64,000 nucleotides of DNA from Paraphysomonas bandaiensis (Eukaryota > Protista > Chrysophyceae): positions 62,001 through 126,000 of the forward strand of contig CBFFRP010000395.1 of NCBI GenBank assembly GCA_965644295.1. The letters run 5' to 3'. A program made the translations under genes and the position numbers. This document shows positions 11,764 through 23,793 of this stretch, piece by piece (the first letter of the stretch is position 1; every line of letters begins with the position of its first letter). The notes under the pieces were generated by a model. That model was not told the origin of the DNA and made no database searches. It saw nothing but the letters and a program-made list of their open reading frames with translations.

Positions 11764-14700
11764 ATGCATTTGTTGTCACTGAATTTGCAAAAGTCTTCTG
11801 CAATAGTTACTGCTATATATGGTAAACTCCCCTATATAAATATCCATATATATATCCTATTTAATATATATATATAGGGAATTTTTCAGCTCCAAAAAAC
11901 CAAGAAATTGTGATTGCAAGAGGAAGTACACTGGAATTATTAAGACCTGATGATACAGGAAAACTTATATCAATATGTGAAACTCCACTATTTGCTGTCA
12001 TTCGATCACTTCTTCCTTTTCGTCTTGCAGGTATCATATATATATGTATGTATGTGTATGTATGAGTGTGTGTGTGTGTATGTGTATGTTTGAGTGTGTG
12101 TGTATGTATGTAGTGTATGAGTGTGTATATATAGATAGTGTTTAGTTATATAGTAGCTGTATAGTGTGTAGTTGTATTGTAGCAATCTACTAAATATTAT
12201 GTAGTTAGTTCACTAATTATTTGTATATATATGTATGTATGTTTAGTTATCTAGTTGATGTTATCTACTGTATAATATAACACTAATATGAATCTATAGG
12301 AGCTAATAAAGATTATGTTGTTGTTGGATCTGATTCTGGAAAGATCACAATACTTGAATTTAATGCGGATGCAAATGATTGGAAAAGTGTTCATTGTGAA
12401 GTTTTTGGTAAAACGGGTTGCCGTCGTATTGTACCTGGACAATATGTTGCTGCTGATCCTAAAGGACGAGCATTAATGATAGGTAAACAATTGATATATA
12501 TATGATTTCTTTTTAAAGTTTTGCACAGGAAGTATTGAGAAGCAAAAGTTTGTCTATATCATGAATCGTGATTCGGCAAACAGATTAACCATATCTTCTC
12601 CATTGGAAGCCCACAAAACAGAAACAGTTATTTTTTCAATATGTGGAGTTGATGTGGGGTTTGACAACCCTGTATTCGCTATGATAGAGTTGGAATATAA
12701 GGACGCTGATGAGGACCCAACAGGGGAGGCAGCTATGGAGGCGGAGAAGAGGCTCACTTACTATGAGCTTGATCTTGGTCTCAATCATGTTGTGCGTAAA
12801 TGGTCAGAACCAATATCTCGAACCGCTAATATGCTACTGACTGTTCCGGGGGGCGACGATGGACCCTCTGGTGTACTAATATGCGGAGAGAACTGGGTGG
12901 GATATAAGAACCAAGGCCACCCTGAGGTGCGCACAGCTCTGCCACGGCGGCGTGACATGCCCATCCAGAGGGGGCTGCTTATCACATCAGCTGCTGTGCA
13001 CAAGCAGAGAGGACTCTTCTTTTTCATGCTTCAGTCCGAGCTGGGTGACCTCTACAAGGTATCTCTCACACTGAGCCCCACCGACAAGAAGGTGGTGACG
13101 GATGTTGTGGTAACTGTATTCGATACACTTCCTCCAGCCGTTTCTTTTTGTATTACCAAGACAGGACTTATGTTTTCCGCAAGTGAATTTGGAAATCATA
13201 TGTTGCTTCAGTTTCAGAATTTAGGTGACGATGAGAACGCAGTGGTTGCCCATTGTGTTGGCGAAGAAATAAACGAGGAGCTCGGCGACGACTCCGTGTC
13301 TGCCTGTCGTGTGGCCCTCTCCTTCACACCGTCTCCTGTTTTGAAAAACCTTGCTGTGACAGATGAAATTGAGTCTATGGCACCGGTTACCGATATGATT
13401 ATCGATGATATTGGTGGCGAAGGAACTCCTCAGATATATTCTCTCTGTGGACGAGGAAATAGATCTACGATGCGTGTGCTGCGACACGGCGTCTCGGTAA
13501 CTGAGATGGCAGTCTCTGAGTTGCCAGGAAGACCCAACGCCGTTTGGACAGTGCGCGACCACCAGGAGAGTGAAAACGATAAATACATCATCGTATCATT
13601 CAGTAACGCAACACTCGTTCTTTCTATCGGAGATGACGTAGAAGAGGTTACAGACTCCGGCTTCCTAGCATCTGTTCCAACATTAGACGTTGCACTAATG
13701 GCAGACAACGCTCTGCTCCAGGTAAATGCCGAATCAACCACAGTGTACATATTTATTGATACCGTGATGTCGTTAGGTTCACCCGACAGGAATCAGGCAC
13801 ATTCGTCGTGATCCTCATAGTGGCAATGAAAAGCGCATTAGTGAGTGGAAGACACCAGGGAAGCGGCAAATTGAAAGAGCCTCCGCTAATTCTAGACAGG
13901 TCGCCATTTCGCTTGCTGGAGGAGAAATTACATACTTTGAGATCGACCAAGCAGGGCAATTAGTTGAGATGAAGACACATGATTTTGGGCATCAGGTTGC
14001 ATGCCTTGATGTCGGTGAAGTGCCCGCGGGGCGGTCAAGATCATCGTTTCTTGCTGTAGGCGGGTACGACAACACTGTCCAAATCCTTTCACTGGAGCCC
14101 AACGACCTGCTTGTAATGCGGTCGACCATGATGTTGCCAAAACGTCCTGAGTCTGTGTGTCTAGTTCATATGGACAGCGAGGCGAGTGCAGCTGCACCGG
14201 AAGCAGGAAGCTCATCAGCTGGCCAGAAGAAAGGCTACACTTCGGCTATGTATTTGAACATTGGTCTCGTCAATGGTGTACTGCACAGAGTCGCAGTAGA
14301 TAGTACCGCGGGGACAATGTCGGACTCTAGATGTCGCTTATTGGGAATAAAGCCGGTGAAGCTTTTCCGAGTGATGGTTCGTGGCCGTCGAGGAGTCCTG
14401 GCGCTGTCTACTAGGACATGGCTACTCTATAATTACCAGGGTAGGTACTTTCAGGCACCTATTTCATATGAGACGCTGGAGTTTGCATCGAATTTTGCCT
14501 CTGAGGTCTGTCCTGAAGGTATTGTCGCGATAGCGTCGAATACTCTGCGCATTATTACAGTCGACAACCTTGGTGCCATGTTCAATCAGACTGTACATCC
14601 CCTGCGTTATACACCGAGAAAGATGCTTCGATTACCAGGCACTTCACACGTAGCTGTAATCGAAACGGATCACAACGAGTACGGGGAGGCCGAAAAGGAG

Positions 14701-16171
14701 AAATTAGCTGCTGCCATGGCCGCAGAATCATCTAGTTCTGAAAACAAAGAGCAAAATGGCGACGACGATATGGAGATCGATAGTGAATCGACTACGAACG
14801 GACAACCTGTTGAGAATACAGTGAATGGCACAGATGATGATGCCGAAGGTGACGAAGAGGTACGTTTGCCTGTTCGAGGTCCGTTGCCACCGACAGAAGG
14901 GCATTGGGCCTCCTGCATTCGAATTATGGACCCTGTTTCGGGCAATGCTTTGGAGCTTCTAGAGTTGACAGACAACGAAGCCGCGTTCTCTATCTGTACA
15001 TGTGTCTTTTCGCATATCTCCGAGGAGATGTTTATAGTTGTAGGGACCGCAAAAGATATGACTCTTCATCCCAGAAAAGTCACTTGTGGTAATATGTTTG
15101 ATTAAAAGTAACTTTTCCCTGTGGTGTAATTGGTGGAATTAGGGTACATTAATGTATATCGACTCCTTGGTGATAGACTACAACTGCTCCACAAGACCCC
15201 ACTGGAAGATGTCCCGTTGGCTCTATGCGAGTTCCACGGAAAGCTTCTCGTTGGTAATTTATTTTTGTACTTGACTACATACACTCTTTGAAACTACTTT
15301 TCAGGTGTAGGGAGATCGATTCGAATGTTTGAGCTTGGTAAGAAGAAGCTATTGAGAAAATGTGAGAACAAAGGGTTTCCGAGTGGTATTATGAAACTTC
15401 ATGTCAATGGAGATCGGATATATGCCAGCGACATGTCTGAGTCTGTACATTTCGTAAAATATAGGAGGCAAGACAACTCCTTGGTGATATTTGCAGATGA
15501 GTACTCTCCAAGGTATGATCTCTGTGTATCTACTTCAGGATGTAACCACTGTACTTTTCTTAGATACATGACTACTTCCTGTATCCTCGATTACGACACT
15601 GTTGCTGGAGCCGATAAATTTGGAAATGTTTGGGTTCTTCAGCTTCCTTTCAAAGCAAACGATGATATTGACAACCCAACTGGGTCCCGATTACTATGGG
15701 ATCAAGGGTTATTAAATGGTGCTCCCACAAAGGCTCAGGTACGTGGTCGACAATGTGTCTGCTGTGTTGACGTCACGTTCGTTTTTTCAGCTCCTAACGC
15801 ACTTCCATTTGGGTGAAGCTGTCACTTCAATGGTAAAATGTTCGTTTGTACCCGGTGGCGAGGAAGCCATTATTGTAGCGACTGTGATGGGTGGTATATA
15901 CGCTTTTTTACCATTCCGTAGAAAGGACGATGTAGAGTTCTTCCAGCATCTGGAGATGTATATGCGGCAAGAATGGCCTAGTCTTGTCCAACGAGACCAT
16001 CTCTCATACAGATCTTATTTTCAACCGGTAAAGGATACTGTTGATGGCGACCTGTGTGAGCAGTATGGTCGTATGCCCCCGAGCAAACAGAAGGAAATTG
16101 CTGATGACCTCAACAGAACACCACCAGAGATGATGAAAAAACTCGAAGAAACCAGGAATAGCTTGCTCTAG
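11764..16171 (+). CDS. SF3B3: Splicing factor 3B subunit 3 (SAP130/Rse1), multi-exon
   Basis: MHLLSLNLQK..GNFSAPKNQEIV; GKTGCRRIVPGQY; LTISSPLEAHK; YYELDLGLNHVVRKWS; EMAVSELPG; GADKFGN; RDHLSYRSYF.PVKD.VDGDLCEQY. Confidence 0.97.
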
Positions 16172-17068
16172 AAATGAGACCAGAATACAGTTTGTCGAGA
16201 TGTCATAGCAGGTACTCAATTTCAAAACTTAAGGTGTGGGTGTGAGAAGTGCTTCGGCTGCAGTAATTAATAAGCATTTGAATAGTTTATTGTTGTTTAC
16301 TCTTTACAATAAGTTCACACATTATATTTTTCGCTATTGTTTCTATCTATTCTTACGATGACAACTTACTTGTGCTTCTTCGTTTTCATAAATCAAACAT
16401 TAGGCATTAGAGCATAATAAATTCGATTGAGTCTCTAGATATCATTTTCTGAAATACTGTAGAATAACAAACGTCTAAATAATATGTACATTTTCAATTA
16501 ACGAAATAACTAAGCACCTAATGTATTTGTGTATTTCACAACAGTAGTAGGAATCCATTTACAATGCAATCCCCACTCTCTTTGAGCTGTTGTTGAATTG
16601 AAATTGGGACATCAAATCATAATTGCAATTATAATTGACTCCAGCTTACGTCAATTAATTGATATAAAATACCACCTTTTTATACTAAAAAGTTGATAAA
16701 AAGCGAAAATCTAATTTTTACGATAAAATCGAAAATTGATAAAAACTATAATATCCATAGGATATAGGATTATATTACATAATAGTTCATTTAAATAATT
16801 GGCGATATGAGGGATAAACTGGTACCAGAAGTCACTGCACGAGTGTTCCTTGAGAAGAGAAGTGATAATAACGAAGAGGTTGCAATGTTTCCAATGCATT
16901 GTGGTTTCATTGTGGATGGGTGGACGTGCAGCAAGGAACATTAAGATTAAAATGATGACTTCAGAACATATGAGGAGACATATCGTTAATAGATTCAATA
17001 ATTTAATATATTCCAAAACAAGTATGGGCTATACTATGCACATATGTATTGAAATCAGAGCTTTAATG

Positions 17069-17847
17069 TTACAAAATACCATCATAGGTCGCGCTACTGT
17101 ATAACCCAGATGGGGTGGCAACAAAGTCCAGTACCCTACACACATATAATTAAAAACACAGAAATGTCGACATTCCTTACTAGCCTGTCATGTTCATCCA
17201 GTGGAACCTCATCAAGGAGCTGGTCATCAAAGCCGAGACCCTGATAACAGAATATTACAACGCTATTAAGTCAACTACAGAAACTCACCACAGTCAACGG
17301 AACTCTGCGTTGACGGCTGATGTTCGCCTCAGATAATGCCTCCAAGAAGCAGTCTACATAACAACATAAGTCTCCATAACTAATCAATATATTCCAATTT
17401 ACCATAATAACCCCTTCCATGTCCTACACGGCCACAGTTACGGTCAAATGCTACACCAGGTACTAATACCAAATCAATAGCTGTACATGTTTCCATTGAA
17501 CAACTTCTCATCGTATCAGGTGGTTCAGGTATACCCCATTTAGATAATGGAAACCCTTTAATTTGTTCCATAGAATCTAATTCATGTATTTCCATATCAG
17601 AACTATTCATTCCTATAACTTTAGGTACAAAAACACGTTTACCATTTTGAAAAGCATCTTTTAAAATTAAATCAGTATTAATTTCATTTGGCATTGATAA
17701 AAAACAACATATAGCAGATGCATTAAGATATGAAGATAACTGTTGAATACGATGAATACATTCATAACTTTGTGAGAGTTTGTTACTATCAGACAATGAT
17801 TTTAATGTTGTTTTAATTAATTTACGAATTTCTGATTTAGTTTTCAT
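17069..17847 (-). CDS. MTHFS: 5-formyltetrahydrofolate cyclo-ligase, 4 exons
   Basis: MKTKSEIRK..FLSMPNEINT..WGIPEP..DLVLVPGVAFDRNCGRVGHGRGYY; later exons give GLGFDDQLLDEVPLDEHDR|VLDFVATP. Confidence 0.92.
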
Positions 17848-17956
17848 GATTGTTATGAATGTATGTCTCACTCACTCTCTCTCTATATATACATACATAC
17901 ATGAGATAGAGAAGGAATAAGCAACATCACAATCCTACCAGAACATCTATATGCAC

Positions 17957-18188
17957 GTATGTATGTATGTATGTATGTATGTATGTATGTATGTATGTAT
18001 GTATGTATGTATGTATGTATGTATGTACGTATGTATGTATGTATGTATGTATGTATGTATGTATGTATGTATGTATGTATGTATGTATGTATGTATGTAT
18101 GTATGTATGTATGTATGTATGTATGTATGTATGTATGTATGTATGTATGTATGTATGTATGTATGTATGTATGTATGTATGTATGTAT
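17957..18188. repeat. (TATG)n microsatellite between divergent MTHFS and ZW10
   Basis: Direct observation. Confidence 0.98.
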
Positions 18189-18521
18189 ATTCAAATTTGT
18201 GAGTGTGTTGAGTCAAGGAGGCCATTTCACAGCTCCAACTCTGTTTAGAACTCCATCGTGCAGTCATATACAAGTGACTCGATAGGCGATTCACTGGATT
18301 AAACAGTCAATCACCAGGTAAGTCGCAGCATGTTTATTAGTAGGGCATTTAGCATTACATCATGTGTGGTTTTGTATTATTCAGTGACCTCTGCTTATAA
18401 TGTATGTATAATAACGTACAAAGGGTAGTATATGTATACAGTGCCATGTGAATACAGTATTATGATCAAATAATTCGATTATGTATGTATTGCACTTCGT
18501 ATTAAGGAATTGTCGTTTAAC

Positions 18522-19630
18522 GTGTATATGTATATGCAGTCGAAGTGTGTGTGATGTTCATGTATATGTATATGCAGTCGAAGTGTGTGTGATGTTCATG
18601 TATATGTATATGCAGTCGAAGTGTGTGTGATGTTCATGTGTATGTATATGCAATCGAAGTGTGTGTGATGTTCATGTGTGTGTGATGTTCATGTATATGT
18701 ATATGCAGTCGAAGTGTGTGTGATGTTCATGTATATGTATATGCAGTCGAAGTGTGTGTGATGTTCATGTATATGTATATGCAGTCGAAGTGTGTGTGAT
18801 GTTCATGTATATGTATATGCAGTCGAAGTGTGTGTGATGTTCATGTATATGTATATGCAGTCGAAGTGTGTGTGATGTTCATGTATATGTATATGCAGTC
18901 GAAGTGTGTGTGATGTTCATGTGTATGTATATGCAATCGAAGTGTGTGTGATGTTCATGTGTGTGTGATGTTCATGTATATGTATATGCAGTCGAAGTGT
19001 GTGTGATGTTCATGTATATGTATATGCAGTCGAAGTGTGTGTGATGTTCATGTGTATGTATATGCAGTCGAAGTGTGTGTGATGTTCATGTGTATGTATA
19101 TGCAATCGAAGTGTGTGTGATGTTCATGTGTGTGTGATGTTCATGTATATGTATATGCAGTCGAAGTGTGTGTGATGTTCATGTGTATGTATATGCAATC
19201 GAAGTGTGTGTGATGTTCATGTGTATGTATATGCAGTCGAAGTGTGTGTGATGTTCATGTGTATGTATATGCAATCGAAGTGTGTGTGATGTTCATGTGT
19301 ATGTATATGCAGTCGAAGTGTGTGTGATGTTCATGTGTGTGTATATGCAATCGAAGTGTGTGTGATGTTCATGTGTATGTATATGCAGTCGAAGTGTGTG
19401 TGATGTTCATGTGTGTGTATATGCAGTCGAAGTGTGTGTGATGTTCATGTGTATGTATATGCAGTCGAAGTGTGTGTGATGTTCATGTGTATGTATATGC
19501 AGTCGAAGTGTGTGTGATGTTCATGTGTGTGTATATGCAGTCGAAGTGTGTGTGATGTTCATGTGTATGTATATGCAGTCGAAGTGTGTGTGATGTTCAT
19601 GTGTGTGTATATGCAGTCGAAGTGTGTGTG
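18522..19630. repeat. 38-bp minisatellite GTATATGTATATGCAGTCGAAGTGTGTGTGATGTTCAT, about 28 units with a few half-units
   Basis: CGAAG recurs at 18541, 18579 and onward (period 38). Confidence 0.95.
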
Positions 19631-19724
19631 TATTGCTGTGTGTGCGTATTAATATAGCTGTATATGTATATATATGGAGATGTGTTATAAGATTGCTATA
19701 TATATATAGAGAGAGAGCTCTATT

Positions 19725-22700
19725 ATGGATCAGAGCATCAGCGAACAAATTACATCTCTCCGATCAGAGATCAAGTCTTATGGTTCTGATATTGTTAATC
19801 ATGTGAGTGCACTGTATTCTCAGCATAAAGGGACAGTTGACCTCAAGAGCGATCCACGAAACGTATTGAAGGTAACCACTACATACGAACAGTACATATA
19901 TACACACACACATATATATATGTATATGTCTTCTTAGAAAAATCTTAGACATGTATATATATATGTGTGTATCTATAGAGATGTATATATATGGATATGT
20001 ATGTATAGATATTTACTTAGAAGTTTACTGATGTTTACATGTATGTTGATGGATTGTTAGTATTACTATAATATTTATGTGTTCAACATTATAGATACTA
20101 CAGCATGATGTTCACCAACTGCTTCGGGAGGCTAGGGAATCAAGCGATTACAATTCGAAATATATGTCTGACATTGCTGAATGTGAGTCTATGGCATCAA
20201 CGCTCGAACAAATATCTGCTGCCAGTAAAAGTATAGCTCATTTTGAAGAAATGTTGGTTAGTTCTGATATTGATGCCGCTTGCAATGCTCTACACGAAAT
20301 GGATGAACATATCCGAGCTGTTCCCACAGAAAATTCAGTTGTAGGATCAGGGGCGGTATGCGACATGTTGCGGCGGGAGTCTAAGCTGCTTCGGTCGCGG
20401 TTTGTGTCTCGTGTGCGGCGACTACTGCGGGATTGTGTTCAGGTGTCACGTGGTCGTATTAATGTTCTCAAAGAGCTCAGTGGCATACTACGGAGCGACG
20501 ATACTCTACTCACGTCCTCGATCCCGCTTTCTAATATATGGACAGTTCTCCTGTCTTGTGGTGGTAGTGGGTGTGCGGAGGCTGTAGAGCGTGTTGTGAC
20601 AGAAGTATGGACGGATGTCATAGCTCCTCTATGGAGAGAGAAGAAATCGATTTCACCCAGAACAGTGAATGGCGATAACCGATCAGAGATGCTAATCGAG
20701 TTGTCGTGTGCTGAGATATCAGCAGTTGATGTTGGCAGTGGTAATTCGCTTGACTGCATCTATGGTGTGATAAATGATTGGTGTATAGATACTCTAACAT
20801 GTGGGACGTTGCCCCCTTGCCGCATGAAGTATGCGCATTTACTCGACACTCTGGGCCAAATTATGGGCTTCCTGTATTCGGAGGTCTTCTGCTCCGATGA
20901 GCGGGTTTGTATTTCTACCTAATCCTGTGTCTCTGTCCTAAGCTGTTTACAGGTATTGCAGCATGCTTGTGAGGCTTTTAATCGCCCTCCTTCTGGTGGA
21001 GGAATATGTCTGCTTCCCGCATTGCGGGACACTCTCGTGTCTATCATTCCTAAAACAGAGAGTGAAATGGAATTATTTCAAGGCGCTGTAACAGGGCCAA
21101 TTGCTGAGTTCGAGAAGAAAGTAGAGCTATTTGGCTTGCTTCCTGAAACAGAAGTAAGTGGAGAGGGCCTGTTGTCTGCTGCTGCAAGAGACATTCGTGG
21201 GAAGTTTCTAGAGGCTCGGTGCGGACTCTTGTTGTTGTTACTGCTACAAATGACATTTTTTCTGCTTCTATAGACGGTATGAGGTATTGACGAGAGCCCG
21301 CACGTTAGTGCTTGGTGACTATCACAACACGATGTTGGGCACAGGAGACGCTCTTGAAGACGATCAATCTACTGCCGGTACCATTGGTGACCCCAGAGAG
21401 ATGTTGGAACAGTCTGGATCCACCTTCTCTTTCCAGGCTCTGCCATTTGAGCCCTGTCAGATTTCTCTAGCTGCATGTAGACTTCTCAAGCTTGTACATG
21501 AGGTAATTTACATAAATAGCAAGTTCATTGTGGAGTGATGGTCCATACAGGTGATGAAGCAGGCGTGCTCATCAAAGACCCCTGAGTTGGCCTCCATGCT
21601 CTATCAGGTTTATTCTACATATTTTGAGCTGAATCACCACTTCGTGGCTCATATATTATCTATAGTCTGCAAGGGACTGCTTTGAGATATTCGCTGCCTG
21701 TGTACAATCCAAATTCGCTGATGTTATTGAGACCGTCCCTCGCATGGGTGCAGTGTGAGTGTTCATTCCGTTTTCTTAACTAGTGTTGTGATGACCAGTG
21801 CGATGCAGGTTCTATAACGACTGCTGCTACATTGCTCACAACGCAACACTCATCACACACGCCTATCGTCAGGTGTTTTGTTGATGTACTTCCTTGTATT
21901 CTTTTTGATTGTGATGCAGGATATTGGTGCAGTTAATCCCGACCTCCAGGGCTGTGTAGGGTTTGTTGATTTCATACCTCGCTTTAGGTGGCTGTCATGC
22001 ATTCCTGTGCACTTCGTCAATGTCATTCTGCCTGTCCTTCTGTATCTAGGGCAATGGGAGAGCGCTGTTTGCAGGGGCACGTAGAAGAGCAAAAGAAAAC
22101 CCTACTGGTGCTACTTGGTAAGGTTCGCGTATACGTAGCTGAAGAGGAGGAGGCGGATGAGTTTTCCGGTGGAGGACCTCTCGGTCCTGATATGGAAGGG
22201 AGCAATAGTGAAGAGGCTGCGGCAGTGTTAGTTAAACACATGGGTCGGCTCAAAGGACAATGGCAGAGTGTATTGCAGGAGTCTGTATACAATAGACTAG
22301 TTGGGTTTCTGCTGGAAGTAGTACTGCGCCGTGCCATGCGGCCTGTTCTAGAGGTGATAGTAGATATTCTCCTGGTGACTTTAGTTCTTCTGACGAATTT
22401 TTAACAAAGGCAAAGTATATATCGGAGAGTACTGCCACTGATGTGAGTCGTGTATTCAAGATCATTCAAAAGTCCAGGTCACTTTTTTCAGTGTTTTGTT
22501 GCTTTGTAAGGAATGACGAGTTTATTCTTAGGAGTGTTTTTTCTGACGCTAGGGACGATGAGAGCCTTCTTACTCTCGTAGGGTCGTGGGGAAAGTTTTG
22601 TGCCCTGTCTGATTTATTGGAATTCAGCTTAAGCGAAATTGCGGAATGGTTACCAAGGTGGTTATGTTGTGTATTCATCCTGAGTAGACGTCATTTTTTT

Positions 22701-22820
22701 CGTAGGCGGAAGTTCTCGTCATTTACAGGAAATGAGATGGCTTCTCTTGTTCGTGCTCTATTTGAAGACTCTGCAAGACGACAGAATATTTTGTCTTCCA
22801 TTCTTGAGATATCGAAGTAA
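19725..22820 (+). CDS. ZW10: Centromere/kinetochore protein ZW10, multi-exon
   Basis: FEPCQIS..LLKLVHE; VPRMGAVFYNDCCYIAH; GFVDFIPRFR; W.KF..L..LLE.SLSEI; FTGNEMASLVRALFEDSARRQNIL. Confidence 0.88.
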
Positions 22821-23793
22821 ATTTAAATAACTTCGGTGTAGGTACCGCAGGAAGAAGTCGTAATATATTGTAGTGCGTTAAGTATTGAGAAGTTGTATAG
22901 ATTCAGTGTGCGTTTTATATGACATACCTTATGCCAATACCAGAATTAAATAGTGAAAGTTGACTCGGTGATGGTGGATCACATATTAAATAATGGAGAA
23001 TCATGTCAAATGTGTCTATGACTCGCTTCTTTGAGTGCATATGCTGTTAGAAAAAGACATAACTGAACAATGCTTTCACTATGCTGATATTATAAGTTAG
23101 AAACACATAGTAAAATATAATAAACTTAAGATCAATACACTTGTCATGATGTCATTCATTGTCAATTGCGAAATTCATATTGCCTCAATTATCAACTACC
23201 AATAATTTCCGTACAATCTTGTTAGATATCACGATCTTTCAGTTTCGCTACTATGATTGCTATCATAACATTTTAGTTTTCATAATACAGTTAAACACTT
23301 AACATTCTTTCATTAACAGTCATAATAGAAATAGTTCTGAACTACAGCTTGTAAGCTTGTAATTGCTCTCAAACAGCAAAGCTCAAGTTATGCCGAATAA
23401 AATGTACGTACACTAATATAGAGTAGATAATATTCGTTCTAACTATTTAGAACGTTGTAGATAGTCATTCTCTCACAACGCACAACATATTCTACGGCAT
23501 CTAGTTACAGCTTTAAGTGCACTACACTGAGTAGTGAGTACACTGGAAGCGGAAGATAGGTAGATATTCTACTAGTTGATGTTGCCTGTGATTGGTACGT
23601 TGCTTGGTGTATTGTTTTTTGCATCAACTCATTCTACTTGCTCCAAAATTCTGTTTTTGTGAAGTACAAGGTGATTGGTATATCCTACTAGCCATCAAAT
23701 AGCTCTAAGAATATATCTGCTTATGGAAAAGGTGTTAGGGTTCCACCAATTCTAGCATACGTTATAAACTACAATTAATGAAATTTTACAATT

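Noticed and set aside
18522-19630. CRISPR-like appearance of the 38-bp array
   Set aside because: No unique spacers; head-to-tail tandem repeat; eukaryotic context without cas genes
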